Assembly (NCBI GenBank): GCA_050246315.1
Contig: JBFWWG010000006.1
Coordinates: 32,001 to 96,000 of the forward strand
Length of the DNA stretch: 64,000 nucleotides
Reading direction: 5' to 3'
From: Nitrospiraceae bacterium
GTDB lineage: Bacteria; Nitrospirota; Nitrospiria; Nitrospirales; Nitrospiraceae
Made by a program: the position numbers and the translations under genes. The notes under the pieces were generated by a model. That model worked only from the letters and a program-made list of their open reading frames with translations. It was not told where the DNA came from and did not search any database. Of the stretch, positions 8,410 to 18,293 are shown piece after piece. Position 1 is the first letter of the stretch. Each line of letters starts with the position of its first letter.

Positions 8410-10731
8410 ATGAGCCCGATCCAATCTCAGCCCTCTGCTGCAAGCCAGGCCCGCACCGCAGGCTTCCTCGGTCTGAGGACAAAGTTTGTGGTCTTCTTCA
8501 GCCTGATCATCATCGCCACCTGCTCCGGATTGAGCTGGTACTTTATTTACACTAAGCAGGCCACGATGACCCAGCAGTTGACCAACATCGGACGGATTCT
8601 CGTCATGAACCTGACCTTCAATCCCCGGGTACGCTTCGCCATCGCCACCGAGGACCTCCTCACGCTGACCGAATTCGTCGATGGCGCCTTGGCTGTGGAG
8701 GACGTCGTCTACGTAACCATTTCCGATTCGGACGGGAACCCGCTCGTGAGAAAAACGAAGGGAGCGTTCGCCGACAGCGCCCATCGAGTCCGCTCGCCGG
8801 AGCCTCCCCTCTTTCCGGATCCCGCGCTGGCGCCGCGCTTGGTTCAGGTCTCCACCACGGAACCGATCCTCTCCTATATGGTCGTCCAGAAGGGCGCCGC
8901 CCCTCAGGCGCGCCTCGCGGAGCGGGGCAATCCGCTTCTACCCTCGGCCATCGGCAGCGAAAGCATCTACGACTTTGCGCTCCCCGTGACCAAACCGTCC
9001 GATCGCGACGCTCTGCGCACGGGATCATCGCTCGAAAGCCAAGAGAGCTTGACGCCGCCCAGCAAAGCCCCCTCCACCCCTAGAGTCTATGGGCTCGTGC
9101 AGGTTGGGCTGTCGGAGTCGCGCCTCACTCAAGCCTTGATGGAGGCGGTTCGCACATCTGCCATACTCACGCTCCTGATTATTCTGGCCGGCATCATCGG
9201 CACCATTCTGTTGACGAATCGAATCGTCACGCCGTTGCAGTCGCTGGCCGCCATCGCACGGCGGATCAGCGGCGGGGACCTGTCGACCACCGTCCCGCCG
9301 ACGACGAGCGATGAAATCGGCGAGCTCACGACGACGTTCAACAGCATGACCCAGTCCTTGAAGGACCGTGATCAAGCGATTTCCCGGAACCTGGAAACGA
9401 TCTCCCGGCAGGTGCGTCAGTTGACGACGTTGAACCAGGCCGGCGCTGTCATCACTTCAACGCTGGATCTGGACCGATTACTGAGCACGGTGCTCCAGTT
9501 ACTGACGGAGAACCTCGGATTCGCGCGTATGGCTCTCTTTTTCTACGACCGAGAAACTGGAACCGCACGGTTGGCCCGTACCTCCGGTATACCGGAGGAT
9601 TTGGTCCGACTCGGCATGCAGATCGACATGCCGGTCCGTGATGCGGATACCGTAAGGGGCGAGACGCTGATTCACGGCAAACCCTTGCTGATCCAAGACA
9701 TCGAGACAGGCAGCGAACGCATCTATCCGCCGCTTCTCGAACTCCTGAGGCGAAGTCACATTCGCTCCTTTGTCGTGGCCCCGCTGCGGACGCAGGAGCG
9801 GATCCTTGGGTTCCTGGGCGGCGATCGCGGCGAGACCAGATGCACCCAGGAGGATCTCGACCTCTTGACGACGGTTGCCAGCCACGTGGCCGTCGCCATC
9901 GACAATGCCAGGACCTATCACCAGTTGGAAGGCTTGACCGAGAGTTTGGATCATCGCGTCCGGGAGCGGACACAAGAGCTACTGGCCGCCAACGAGCGGT
10001 TGACAGAACTGGACAAGCTCCGATCCGCGTTCGTGTCGATCGTGTCCCACGAATTGCGCACCCCCATGACGGCGATTCGCGGCTACGTCGATAACATGCT
10101 GGACGGGCTCACCGGCCCCCTGACCGACAAGCAAGGCCATTATCTCAATCGGGTCAAATTCAATGCCGATCGCTTGACCCATATGATCGCGGAGTTGCTC
10201 GATCTCTCTAGAATCGAAGCCGGCCGCGTCGAGGTGCACTGGAGTACGGTCAATCTCGCCGAGCTGGTCGAGGAGGTGGCGGACGATCTCCGGCGACCGG
10301 CCTCGGAGAGGGACCTCGTGATCGAAACCCGCTCGGTCGGATCGAATCTGGTCGTCCGAGGGGATCGCGACAAGCTGCACCAGATCGTCACGAACCTCGT
10401 CGGCAATGCGTCCAAGTTCACGCCTCGCGGAGGCCGGATCACGGTCGAAACATCCCTGGTGGAACCGGAACAGGTGCAGATCTCGGTGGCCGATACAGGC
10501 TGCGGCATCCCGCCGGACGAGTTGCCGAAGGTCTTCGAGCGATTCTTCCGAGGCGGGGCGGTCCCACCGGAGGCGCGTGGAGCGGGACTGGGGCTCTCGA
10601 TCGTCAAGTCATTGGTCGAGTTGCACCGCGGGAGCGTGACGGTCGAGAGCCAGGTCGGCGTGGGAACCACATTCTTCATCACGTTGCCGATCAACCAGCC
10701 GGAACAGTCGAAGCCAGGTCGGAGGGAGTAG
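8410..10731 (+). CDS. Membrane sensor histidine kinase (2 TM, HAMP, GAF, HisKA, HATPase)
   Basis: HAMP 'DEIGELTTTFNSM'; GAF 'VAVAIDNAR'; H-box 'SHELRTPMT'; N and G boxes; GAGGAG before ATG 8410. Confidence 0.92.
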   Translation: MSPIQSQPSAASQARTAGFLGLRTKFVVFFSLIIIATCSGLSWYFIYTKQATMTQQLTNIGRILVMNLTFNPRVRFAIATEDLLTLTEFVDGALAVEDVVYVTISDSDGNPLVRKTKGAFADSAHRVRSPEPPLFPDPALAPRLVQVSTTEPILSYMVVQKGAAPQARLAERGNPLLPSAIGSESIYDFALPVTKPSDRDALRTGSSLESQESLTPPSKAPSTPRVYGLVQVGLSESRLTQALMEAVRTSAILTLLIILAGIIGTILLTNRIVTPLQSLAAIARRISGGDLSTTVPPTTSDEIGELTTTFNSMTQSLKDRDQAISRNLETISRQVRQLTTLNQAGAVITSTLDLDRLLSTVLQLLTENLGFARMALFFYDRETGTARLARTSGIPEDLVRLGMQIDMPVRDADTVRGETLIHGKPLLIQDIETGSERIYPPLLELLRRSHIRSFVVAPLRTQERILGFLGGDRGETRCTQEDLDLLTTVASHVAVAIDNARTYHQLEGLTESLDHRVRERTQELLAANERLTELDKLRSAFVSIVSHELRTPMTAIRGYVDNMLDGLTGPLTDKQGHYLNRVKFNADRLTHMIAELLDLSRIEAGRVEVHWSTVNLAELVEEVADDLRRPASERDLVIETRSVGSNLVVRGDRDKLHQIVTNLVGNASKFTPRGGRITVETSLVEPEQVQISVADTGCGIPPDELPKVFERFFRGGAVPPEARGAGLGLSIVKSLVELHRGSVTVESQVGVGTTFFITLPINQPEQSKPGRRE

Positions 10732-10745
10732 CCACGAGGCCGCAA

Positions 10746-10869
10746 TCGTCGGTCGTCATTCGAGATTGGTCATTCGTGAAGCGTCAGGAGTCATTGGTCA
10801 TTCAAAGGGTGGGACCGGCCTGAATCCTGTTCCTGTGCGATAGACGACTGACGATTGACGAGCGACGAC
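10746..10869. repeat. Paired inverted heptamer arrays between convergent genes
   Basis: Eight TCGTCAT-like heptads (10746-10801), then four TGACGAN-like heptads (10842-10869). Confidence 0.7.
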
Positions 10870-10918
10870 CCGCGTGTCGGCTGTACCGCGAAACACAAAC
10901 GGGCTTCGATGCTGCAGT

Positions 10919-11686
10919 TTACGAGGAGGAGCCGGCGCGGCGTCCCGGCAGAAACGCCTTCAATCCGAAGTAGGCCACGGCATCCTTGAGGTTGGAGTAG
11001 AGCCGCTTGACCGGATTCATGTCGGGGTTCGTGACATATTCCATCGTGAGGACGATCCGCTCCTCCCCCTCCGCCAAGGGCGTGACCGCATGCCAGAGTT
11101 GATCCCCGTTGAAGATGACCAGATCGCCGGGGCCGGTCGCCAGTTGCATTTCGTGGCTGGTCTTGGCCGGGTCCTTCTTGTGTAGTTGGCAGACCAACCG
11201 ACAATGTTCCGATCGGTCGACGAGTCCCATCAGAATGGTGTACCGCGCACCTTTGTAATAGGACGTGTCGAAATGGTAGCCGATGTGATCCCCGGCTTCG
11301 GTGTAATAGTACAGCGCGCAGGAGTGCGGGTCGCTGTCGGGACAGAGCATCAGCTTCGCTCCAACCAGTCGGTTCAGGAAATCGAGAAAAGCCGGCGAGC
11401 GGTAGAGATCGAGAAACAGCGGGGCCCGATCGATGACTTGGAAATAACTGACGCTGCCGCCCTTCTTGTGACCGGGAATATAGTTGCGGTTGAGCAGCGG
11501 CTTCACCGTCTGGGCCTGCGGCACCAGATACTGTTCCACCGTTCCACGGGGCAGAAACGCCTTGATAAAGAGGAACTCGCCCTGTTCCCAGTAGGTCTGT
11601 CGAAGCGTCTCGAAGTCCAGGGAACGAACCGCCTGCTCGATCTCGGCTCCAAGGTGCTCTTTCACGGTTTCAGCTAGGTTCGGCAT
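10919..11686 (-). CDS. 2OG-Fe(II) oxygenase
   Basis: HxD 'YHFD', distal His 'WHAVTP', 2OG-binding Arg 'ERIVL'. Confidence 0.8.
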   Translation of the reverse strand: MPNLAETVKEHLGAEIEQAVRSLDFETLRQTYWEQGEFLFIKAFLPRGTVEQYLVPQAQTVKPLLNRNYIPGHKKGGSVSYFQVIDRAPLFLDLYRSPAFLDFLNRLVGAKLMLCPDSDPHSCALYYYTEAGDHIGYHFDTSYYKGARYTILMGLVDRSEHCRLVCQLHKKDPAKTSHEMQLATGPGDLVIFNGDQLWHAVTPLAEGEERIVLTMEYVTNPDMNPVKRLYSNLKDAVAYFGLKAFLPGRRAGSSS

Positions 11687-11720
11687 TTCATTGTTCCATC
11701 TGTCGGTCTAGATGCGCCTG

Positions 11721-12485
11721 CTACGGAGCGCGAAAGCTTGGCGCTCGTACCACCTCGGTGTCCGCCGGAGCCGTGAACTCGAAGAGCCCGTCCTGTAATC
11801 CCGCGTTCGGCTTCACGGAGGAAAATTCAAAGGTCGCCACGTTGCCGCTCAATTCGTGCAGAGTCAAACTCTTAATATAGTGGGTCTTGGGGTCCGCCTC
11901 CAGCACGATCTGCTGGAAGGGGCGGGCCGTCTCCTGGTTCTTGGTCTTCGGGGTCAGCACGACCAGCGGCAGCCCGCCGGCCCCGCGTGCCTGATCCGGT
12001 GCGGGCGCCAGATCGAACTCCTCCTCGATCTTGCCGATCCCTTGCAGCAACTGGAGCGGCGCCTGCGAGGCGGCCATCTGCGTCAGCTTCCCGATCAGCA
12101 CCTGGCTGTGCTCCGGCACATACATCTTGACGTCGTCCTGGTTGACGTAGATCTCCTCCCGGCTCGGTTCGACATAGTCCCACCTCAGCCGGCCCGGACG
12201 TTTCAGAAACACACGGCCGGATGACGTGATGGGTGTCGCAAATCCCTCGACCTTGGTCTTCTGCGTGAAATCCGCCTGTAAGTCCTTCGTCTGCTCGTAG
12301 CGAGCCTGGATCTTCTTCACAACGCCTTTGATCTCCTGCGCCGCCTTCCCCTCCTCGGCCCGGCTCCCCTCAGCCCACAACCCCTGCCCAAGCAGCACGA
12401 CCGCCACCGTGCATACGCAGATGACCGCCCGCCGCTTCCTGCGACCTGCACCGTCCTGCTCCATCATTCGATTTGACCCTCTCAT
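11721..12485 (-). CDS. lolA: Outer-membrane lipoprotein carrier protein LolA
   Basis: 'ADFTQ...GRVFLKRPGRLRWDY.EP', 'FEFTAP'; downstream of ftsK. Confidence 0.88.
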   Translation of the reverse strand: MRGSNRMMEQDGAGRRKRRAVICVCTVAVVLLGQGLWAEGSRAEEGKAAQEIKGVVKKIQARYEQTKDLQADFTQKTKVEGFATPITSSGRVFLKRPGRLRWDYVEPSREEIYVNQDDVKMYVPEHSQVLIGKLTQMAASQAPLQLLQGIGKIEEEFDLAPAPDQARGAGGLPLVVLTPKTKNQETARPFQQIVLEADPKTHYIKSLTLHELSGNVATFEFSSVKPNAGLQDGLFEFTAPADTEVVRAPSFRAP

Positions 12486-12503
12486 CAGGATTCTCCGTAT
12501 CGC

Positions 12504-14951
12504 CTATTCTCCATGCGCCTGCCCGACCGGTCCGCGCCGGCCCAACACTTCCCGGCGGCCGTCGCGACCCGCGGCACCGACGATCCCCTCGGCCTCCATC
12601 TGTTCGACCATCCGCGCCGCACGCGGATAGCCCACCCGCAAGCGCCGCTGGATGAGCGAGGCCGAGGCCTGCCCGGTTGAGAGGACCAGTTCCTTGGCCT
12701 GCTCGTACACCTCATCCCTGGCTTCTTCTTCCGCTGCTTCCTCCTGGCGCTGGAACTGCTCCGGGCTCGTGTAGCTCGGGGCGGCCTGTTTCTTGACCAC
12801 GGCCACGACGCGCCGCACGTCCTCATCCGCCACAAACGACCCGTGGATACGCATCAACCGCCCGGTCCCCGAAGCCATGTACAACATATCTCCCCGCCCG
12901 AGGAGGGCTTCGGCTCCGTTTGCGTCCAGGATTGTTCGCGAATCAGTTTTGGACGCGACTTGAAAGGCGACGCGGGCGGGGAAGTTCGCCTTGATCAACC
13001 CGGTCAGCACATCCACCGAGGGGCGTTGCGTGGCCAGCACCAAATGAATCCCGGCGGCGCGGGCCATTTGCGCCAGGCGGGCGATCTTTTCCTCTACGTC
13101 CTTCGGAGCCACCATCATGAGGTCGGCCAACTCGTCGATCATGACGACGATGTAGGGCAAGGGAGCGGGCGGCGTCTTGGGCTGCGGACCCAGTTCTCCG
13201 GTCGGCAACGGCGGCTGTTCGCTCTCCCCCGCCGAGAGTCGTTCCTCTTCCGATAGGAAGATCGGCAATTCCGGCTGCTCGGGAGCACCCTTCTCGCCCT
13301 CGCCTGCCGCCCCTCCCTGCTCGTTGTGGACCCACCGGTTATACCCTTCGATGTTGCGAACGCCCGCTTGGGCCAGCAACTTGTAGCGACGTTCCATTTC
13401 CTGGACGACCCAGCCCAGTCCACGGGCCGCCGACTTGGGATCGGTGATGACGGGCCGTAGTAGGTGAGGAATCCCATCGTAAGTCTGCAACTCCAACATC
13501 TTCGGATCGATCAAGAGGAGCTTGACCTCATCCGGCCGGGCGTTGAACAGGAGACTGAGCAGCATCGTATTCAAACTGACGCTTTTGCCGGCGCCGGTCG
13601 CGCCCGCCACCAGCACATGGGGCATGGTCCGGAGATCCGCCGCCACCGGGGTGCCGAAGATGTCCTTCCCCAGCGCCATCGTCAGCTTGGATCGGGACCG
13701 CGTGACGGCGTCGCTCATGATCACTTCCTTGAACGAGACAGTTTCTCGTTGGCGGTTCGGCACTTCGATGCCGACCACCGACTTACCCGGCAATGGGGCT
13801 ACGATTCTGAGACTCATCGCCTTCATGGCGAGCGCCAAATCGTCGGCCAGGTTGACGATCCTCGACACCTTCACGCCAGGCGCCGGCTCATACTCATACA
13901 TAGTCACCACCGGACCCGGATGCACCTCCGTGACTTTTCCCTCGATGCCGAAGCTCAGCAGCGCCTTGGCCAACACCTCCGACTGAGCCTTGAGTTCTTG
14001 ATCCGTCATCCGAGCCGCAGGCTGCGGCGGATCGTCGAGTAGTTCGCGAGGATCGGGGAGGCGATAGTCCGACCGCACGGCGCTTGCCACCGGCATCGGC
14101 GGTTCGACCGTCTCCTCACTCGGCACAGGCTGAACAGTCCTGACCACCGGCAACGGTATCACCGGGTCCTGCGCCTCCTCCTGGTCTTCCTGGTCCCACT
14201 CCTCTTCGACCGGCGCCGTGGCGTCCGTCGCAGCTCGATTGATCTTGGGCGGTTTCGTCTTGGCACGTCGGTTCCGCTTGCCCCGCTGTTCGAAGCGCTC
14301 TTCCAACCAATCGCGGATAGCCCACTGAACCTCCTGGCCTCGCTCCGTCCAAGCGGACAGGTGATCCATGAGGCGCGCCAGCGAGGTCGATGTGGACAGG
14401 AGCAGTGTCACCAACAGGATGGAAAACAGAATGATGTGAGCGCCCGTACTCGCAAAATAGGTCTTGAGGAACGAGGCGAGTCCCAGTCCGATGACACCGC
14501 CGCTGAGCCCCCGCTGGACGACCCCGCCGACCAACGTCGGAATACCGGGCAGTTCCAGATGAAGGAAGCCGCTGAGGGAGAACAGCGCGACCGTGGAATA
14601 GAGCGCGGTCTTCAGAGGCACCGTCACATTGTCCTGCATGAAACAGCGGATGCCCACGTGGATCAGGAACAACGGCAGCACATAGGCGCCCGCCCCGATC
14701 AGCCAAAACAGGGTGGAGGCGGTCGCCGCGCCGACCGTGCCGATCAGATTCTTGCTTGGAGACGCTGCAGAGAGACCGGCGGAGACGCCATTGTTCGACA
14801 GTCTGTCACCTGGGATATACGACAGGAGACTGAGGAGCAGCAGCAGACCGAGCGTGATCAGAACAACGGCAATGATCTCGCGCCGGATATGTGAAGGAGG
14901 AGATCCAACTCTGCGGGCGTCACCGCGTCTCGCCGTGGTGGATGCACCCAT
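12504..14951 (-). CDS. ftsK: DNA translocase FtsK
   Basis: N-terminal TM region; 'GATGAGKS', 'IDELADLMM', 'LATQRPS', gamma domain 'IQRRLRVGYPRAAR'; start 14951 or 14969. Confidence 0.97.
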   Translation of the reverse strand: MGASTTARRGDARRVGSPPSHIRREIIAVVLITLGLLLLLSLLSYIPGDRLSNNGVSAGLSAASPSKNLIGTVGAATASTLFWLIGAGAYVLPLFLIHVGIRCFMQDNVTVPLKTALYSTVALFSLSGFLHLELPGIPTLVGGVVQRGLSGGVIGLGLASFLKTYFASTGAHIILFSILLVTLLLSTSTSLARLMDHLSAWTERGQEVQWAIRDWLEERFEQRGKRNRRAKTKPPKINRAATDATAPVEEEWDQEDQEEAQDPVIPLPVVRTVQPVPSEETVEPPMPVASAVRSDYRLPDPRELLDDPPQPAARMTDQELKAQSEVLAKALLSFGIEGKVTEVHPGPVVTMYEYEPAPGVKVSRIVNLADDLALAMKAMSLRIVAPLPGKSVVGIEVPNRQRETVSFKEVIMSDAVTRSRSKLTMALGKDIFGTPVAADLRTMPHVLVAGATGAGKSVSLNTMLLSLLFNARPDEVKLLLIDPKMLELQTYDGIPHLLRPVITDPKSAARGLGWVVQEMERRYKLLAQAGVRNIEGYNRWVHNEQGGAAGEGEKGAPEQPELPIFLSEEERLSAGESEQPPLPTGELGPQPKTPPAPLPYIVVMIDELADLMMVAPKDVEEKIARLAQMARAAGIHLVLATQRPSVDVLTGLIKANFPARVAFQVASKTDSRTILDANGAEALLGRGDMLYMASGTGRLMRIHGSFVADEDVRRVVAVVKKQAAPSYTSPEQFQRQEEAAEEEARDEVYEQAKELVLSTGQASASLIQRRLRVGYPRAARMVEQMEAEGIVGAAGRDGRREVLGRRGPVGQAHGE

Positions 14952-15034
14952 ACGCGCGGATCGTAGCATAGGGGTATCGTCATTTCAAACAAACCGCCGC
15001 ACGCAACGGCCCTTCAGAGCGGCAGGACAGGCGC

Positions 15035-15865
15035 TTATGTCGTCGGTCGCTGGTCGGCGCGGAGGACACCAGCCTCCGCCGCTTCAGCCAACGCTTCGGC
15101 AAGGTGGACAAACTCCTCGATCGACAATTCCTCTGCACGACAGTCGGAAGATCGATGAAGTCGCGCCAGCGCGTCCTGCACGACCGCCGGCGCAAACCCT
15201 TCGTCACGGAGCGAGTTGAGCAACCGCTTACGCCGATGTGCGAACGAGGCTCGGACGACCAACCGAAACACGGTCTCCTGCGCCGGCGGGATGCGGCCGG
15301 GGCGCTTGAGGTGCAGCGTCACCACCGACGAGCCGACATCGGGTCTGGGTCGAAAACACTGGGCCGACACGTGAAAGGCCAGTGCCGCCTCGGCTGCGGC
15401 TTGCGTGAGCACGGAGAGCACGCCGTAGTCCTTGCCGCCCGGCTCCGCGATGAGGCGACGTGCCACCTCCGTTTGCAGCATGAGCACCAGCCGCGAGAAT
15501 CGATCCCGATGTTCCAGCAGTCGAAACAGGAGGGCCGTGGAAAGGTAATAGGGCAAATTGGCGACCACGACCGTGTTCTCCGGCAGGCGGCTCAATGGAA
15601 ATTCCAGCGCATCGCCCTGGTGGAGCTCCAAGTTGGGGCAGTCCTCCATATGGTTCCGTAGGTGTTCGTAGAGTTGCCGATCGATTTCGACGGCGACGAC
15701 ACGGCTTGCGACGCCGCAGAGGCCGCGGGTCAGAATCCCCCGTCCCGGCCCGATCTCGAAGACCGTCTCCTGTGCCTGGAGTTCTGCCAAGGCGACGATC
15801 TTCCGCACGATGTTCTGGTCGATCAAGAAATGCTGACCGAGTCGCTTGAGCGGGCGGGGGAGCAT
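15035..15865 (-). CDS. rsmA: 16S rRNA adenine dimethyltransferase
   Basis: 'LGQHFL', 'EIGPGRG', 'ANLPY', 'F.PRPDV.S', 'RAEEL'. Confidence 0.96.
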   Translation of the reverse strand: MLPRPLKRLGQHFLIDQNIVRKIVALAELQAQETVFEIGPGRGILTRGLCGVASRVVAVEIDRQLYEHLRNHMEDCPNLELHQGDALEFPLSRLPENTVVVANLPYYLSTALLFRLLEHRDRFSRLVLMLQTEVARRLIAEPGGKDYGVLSVLTQAAAEAALAFHVSAQCFRPRPDVGSSVVTLHLKRPGRIPPAQETVFRLVVRASFAHRRKRLLNSLRDEGFAPAVVQDALARLHRSSDCRAEELSIEEFVHLAEALAEAAEAGVLRADQRPTT

Positions 15866-15880
15866 CCTGAAGGGTGACGG

Positions 15881-16195
15881 TCAACCGCCGGGCGAGGCCT
15901 GAGAGGTAACTTTCTTTGCCAGCGCTTTCAACGCACTTCGATACTCTTCCGCCTGATCCGTGAATTCCTCCACCAGATCGTTGGTGAAGGAGAGACCCGG
16001 TTTCATTCGGGCGAACTTCGTCGCCTCCGCCTCCCCCACGTGCGGCTTGAGCAAATCCGCGGTTGCCGCCTGCCACTTGGTCAGTCGCTCGGTTCCGGCG
16101 GCACTGTTCAAGTCCTGCAGGAGCCGCTTCACGATCGTGTCGAGCTCCCGCAGTTGGCCGTCGATGATGTGCTGTGCGGTCTGCGAAGTGTTCAT
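15881..16195 (-). CDS. Hypothetical protein
   Basis: 104 aa, helical, translationally coupled between pdxA and rsmA. Confidence 0.7.
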   Translation of the reverse strand: MNTSQTAQHIIDGQLRELDTIVKRLLQDLNSAAGTERLTKWQAATADLLKPHVGEAEATKFARMKPGLSFTNDLVEEFTDQAEEYRSALKALAKKVTSQASPGG

Positions 16196-17283
16196 CCTGT
16201 CCCCGTCATTTGAGATTTCCGTAACGGCCCCCCCGAACCGACGCGACCGGCCTGGCGGCGGATATGCACCAACTGCACGGCGAGCTTGATCGCCGCAATC
16301 AAACTTCCCGCCTCCGCCACCCCTCGGCCGGCGATGTCGTACGCGGTGCCATGATCGACCGAGGTGCGGATGATCGGAAGCCCGACCGTCATGTTGACAC
16401 AGGTCCCGAATGCAACCAGCTTCAACGGAATGAGTCCTTGATCGTGATAGAGGGCGACGACTCCGTCGTAGGCACCTCTGGCTGCCTTGCCGAAGAGCGT
16501 ATCGGCCGGGAGCGGATCGCTCGCATCGATGCCGGCCTGCCTGGCCTGCTCCACCGCCGGTTGTATTGTCGTTTGTTCTTCGTTGCCAAACAACCCGTGT
16601 TCACCGGCATGGGGATTGAGCGCCGCCACGCCGATTCGAGGTTTGCGGATGCGGAACGAGTCGCGGAGCGCACGGTCGGCCAATCGGATCGCCTTGACGA
16701 TCGTCGGCACGGTCAATCTAGCCGGCAGGTCTCGGAGCGCGACGTGCGTGGTCGTGAACATGATCTTCAGCGGCCCGCCCAAGATCATCATACCGACCTC
16801 GTCGCTCTTGGTCAGATCGGCCAGCAACTCCGTATGGCCGGGATAGCGGTACCCGCCCATGTGCATTGCTTCCTTATTGATCGGTCCGGTCACCATCGCG
16901 TCGATGAGGCCGCCCTCGGCCAGACGGACCGCCTCGGTGATGAAGGCCACGGAGGCGGCGCCGGTCTCCGGCGCGGCCTTGCCGATGACGAACGCGCCCA
17001 ATGGCCGGGGAAGCGGATCCCAGACCGCCACCTGTTTCGGTCCGGCCGGTACCAGTCCGATGTCTGTCACTCTGACCGCCTTCAGAGGCGAGCGTAACCG
17101 CTTGAGCGTCCGTTGCACCACCGGGAAGGATCCGATGACGACCACCCGACAGGCGCGGCGCAGCGACATGTTGGCGAGCGCCTTCGCCGCGACTTCCGGA
17201 CCGATCCCCGCCGGGTCTCCCATCGTGATGCCCAACAGCGGCAGGCGTTGCCGCGAGGCGGTTCTATTTGTGTCAGGAGCCAT
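16192..17283 (-). CDS. pdxA: 4-hydroxythreonine-4-phosphate dehydrogenase
   Basis: 'ITMGDPAGIGPE', 'PGHTE', 'LNPHAGE', 'YHDQGLIP', 'RTSVDHGTA'. Confidence 0.96.
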   Translation of the reverse strand: MAPDTNRTASRQRLPLLGITMGDPAGIGPEVAAKALANMSLRRACRVVVIGSFPVVQRTLKRLRSPLKAVRVTDIGLVPAGPKQVAVWDPLPRPLGAFVIGKAAPETGAASVAFITEAVRLAEGGLIDAMVTGPINKEAMHMGGYRYPGHTELLADLTKSDEVGMMILGGPLKIMFTTTHVALRDLPARLTVPTIVKAIRLADRALRDSFRIRKPRIGVAALNPHAGEHGLFGNEEQTTIQPAVEQARQAGIDASDPLPADTLFGKAARGAYDGVVALYHDQGLIPLKLVAFGTCVNMTVGLPIIRTSVDHGTAYDIAGRGVAEAGSLIAAIKLAVQLVHIRRQAGRVGSGGPLRKSQMTGTG

Positions 17284-18277
17284 AGAGGTAGAGGGTATAC
17301 CCAATATACAGGATCGCACCACCGGTCAACAGCCACGGGCGCCAGTGTCCCCCTCCCAGCAGTTGCAACAGGGTGAGGCCGCCGGCCAGCACCGCCAGAA
17401 CCATCGTGAGAAGCGCCGACGGGCCAAGTGCCCATTCGGTTCCGATCAATCCAAGGGAAACGGGAAACGTGCCCTGGAAGACCATCGCCCCGGTCACATT
17501 GCCGACCGCGAGTTGGTCCTTCTTTCGGTAGAGCCAGAGAAAACTGTTCGACATCTCCGGAAGTTCCGTCGCGAGCGGCGCAATCAACAGAGCCAGGATG
17601 AGGGGCGCGACATGGAGCGACTCGGACAGGGAATGGGCCGCAGTCACGAACAGGTGGGCCCCTCCCACCAGCCCGGCCATACCGACCGCTCCCTGAACCG
17701 CGATCATGCCGAACGACGGCTTGGTCGCTTGTTTCGCGAAGATCAGCGGCTCGACCGACGAGGCTTCTCCCTCCTCCTCCGGCGCCGAGAGCTTCAGCTT
17801 CATATAATACAGGTACGCGCCGATCAACAGCGTCGCCGCGGCATAGTGGAGCGCCTTACTGGGCGTCAAGGCGCAGAGCAACGCGACGCCGTAGCCCAGT
17901 AGAAACACCTGTAAATCCAGCCGGACCTCCCGATAATTCAAATGAAACTTGGCCGACCGCTTGCCCATCCTGGCATAGAGCAGCAGCAAGCCCGCGAGAA
18001 TCGGCAACACCAACGTGCTGAGCATGAAGGGCGCCCCCAAGATCGCGCCCAGCCCGACCGCGGTCTGTTCCGGTCCCGTTCCAAAGAAAATGGCGATGAT
18101 CGGGATCGAGGTCTCCGGCAAGGTCGTGCCGATCGCCGCAAAAATGCTGCCCACCGCGCCTTCAGAGACATTCAGCCGTTTACCGACCCACTCAATGCCG
18201 TTGGTGAACAGGTGGCAGCCGGCGAGCGTCACGATGATCGACACCAGGAACAGAAGCGTGTAGAGCAGAATGGTCAC
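17273..18277 (-). CDS. Sodium:calcium antiporter family protein
   Basis: Two alpha repeats 'GTTLPE' and 'ATELPE'; highly hydrophobic. Confidence 0.9.
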   Translation of the reverse strand: MTILLYTLLFLVSIIVTLAGCHLFTNGIEWVGKRLNVSEGAVGSIFAAIGTTLPETSIPIIAIFFGTGPEQTAVGLGAILGAPFMLSTLVLPILAGLLLLYARMGKRSAKFHLNYREVRLDLQVFLLGYGVALLCALTPSKALHYAAATLLIGAYLYYMKLKLSAPEEEGEASSVEPLIFAKQATKPSFGMIAVQGAVGMAGLVGGAHLFVTAAHSLSESLHVAPLILALLIAPLATELPEMSNSFLWLYRKKDQLAVGNVTGAMVFQGTFPVSLGLIGTEWALGPSALLTMVLAVLAGGLTLLQLLGGGHWRPWLLTGGAILYIGYTLYLYGS

Positions 18278-18293
18278 TGCGTCACTTCACCGA

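Noticed and set aside
10919..11686. Halogenase call for the 2OG-Fe(II) enzyme
   Set aside because: The carboxylate ligand is retained (HFD)
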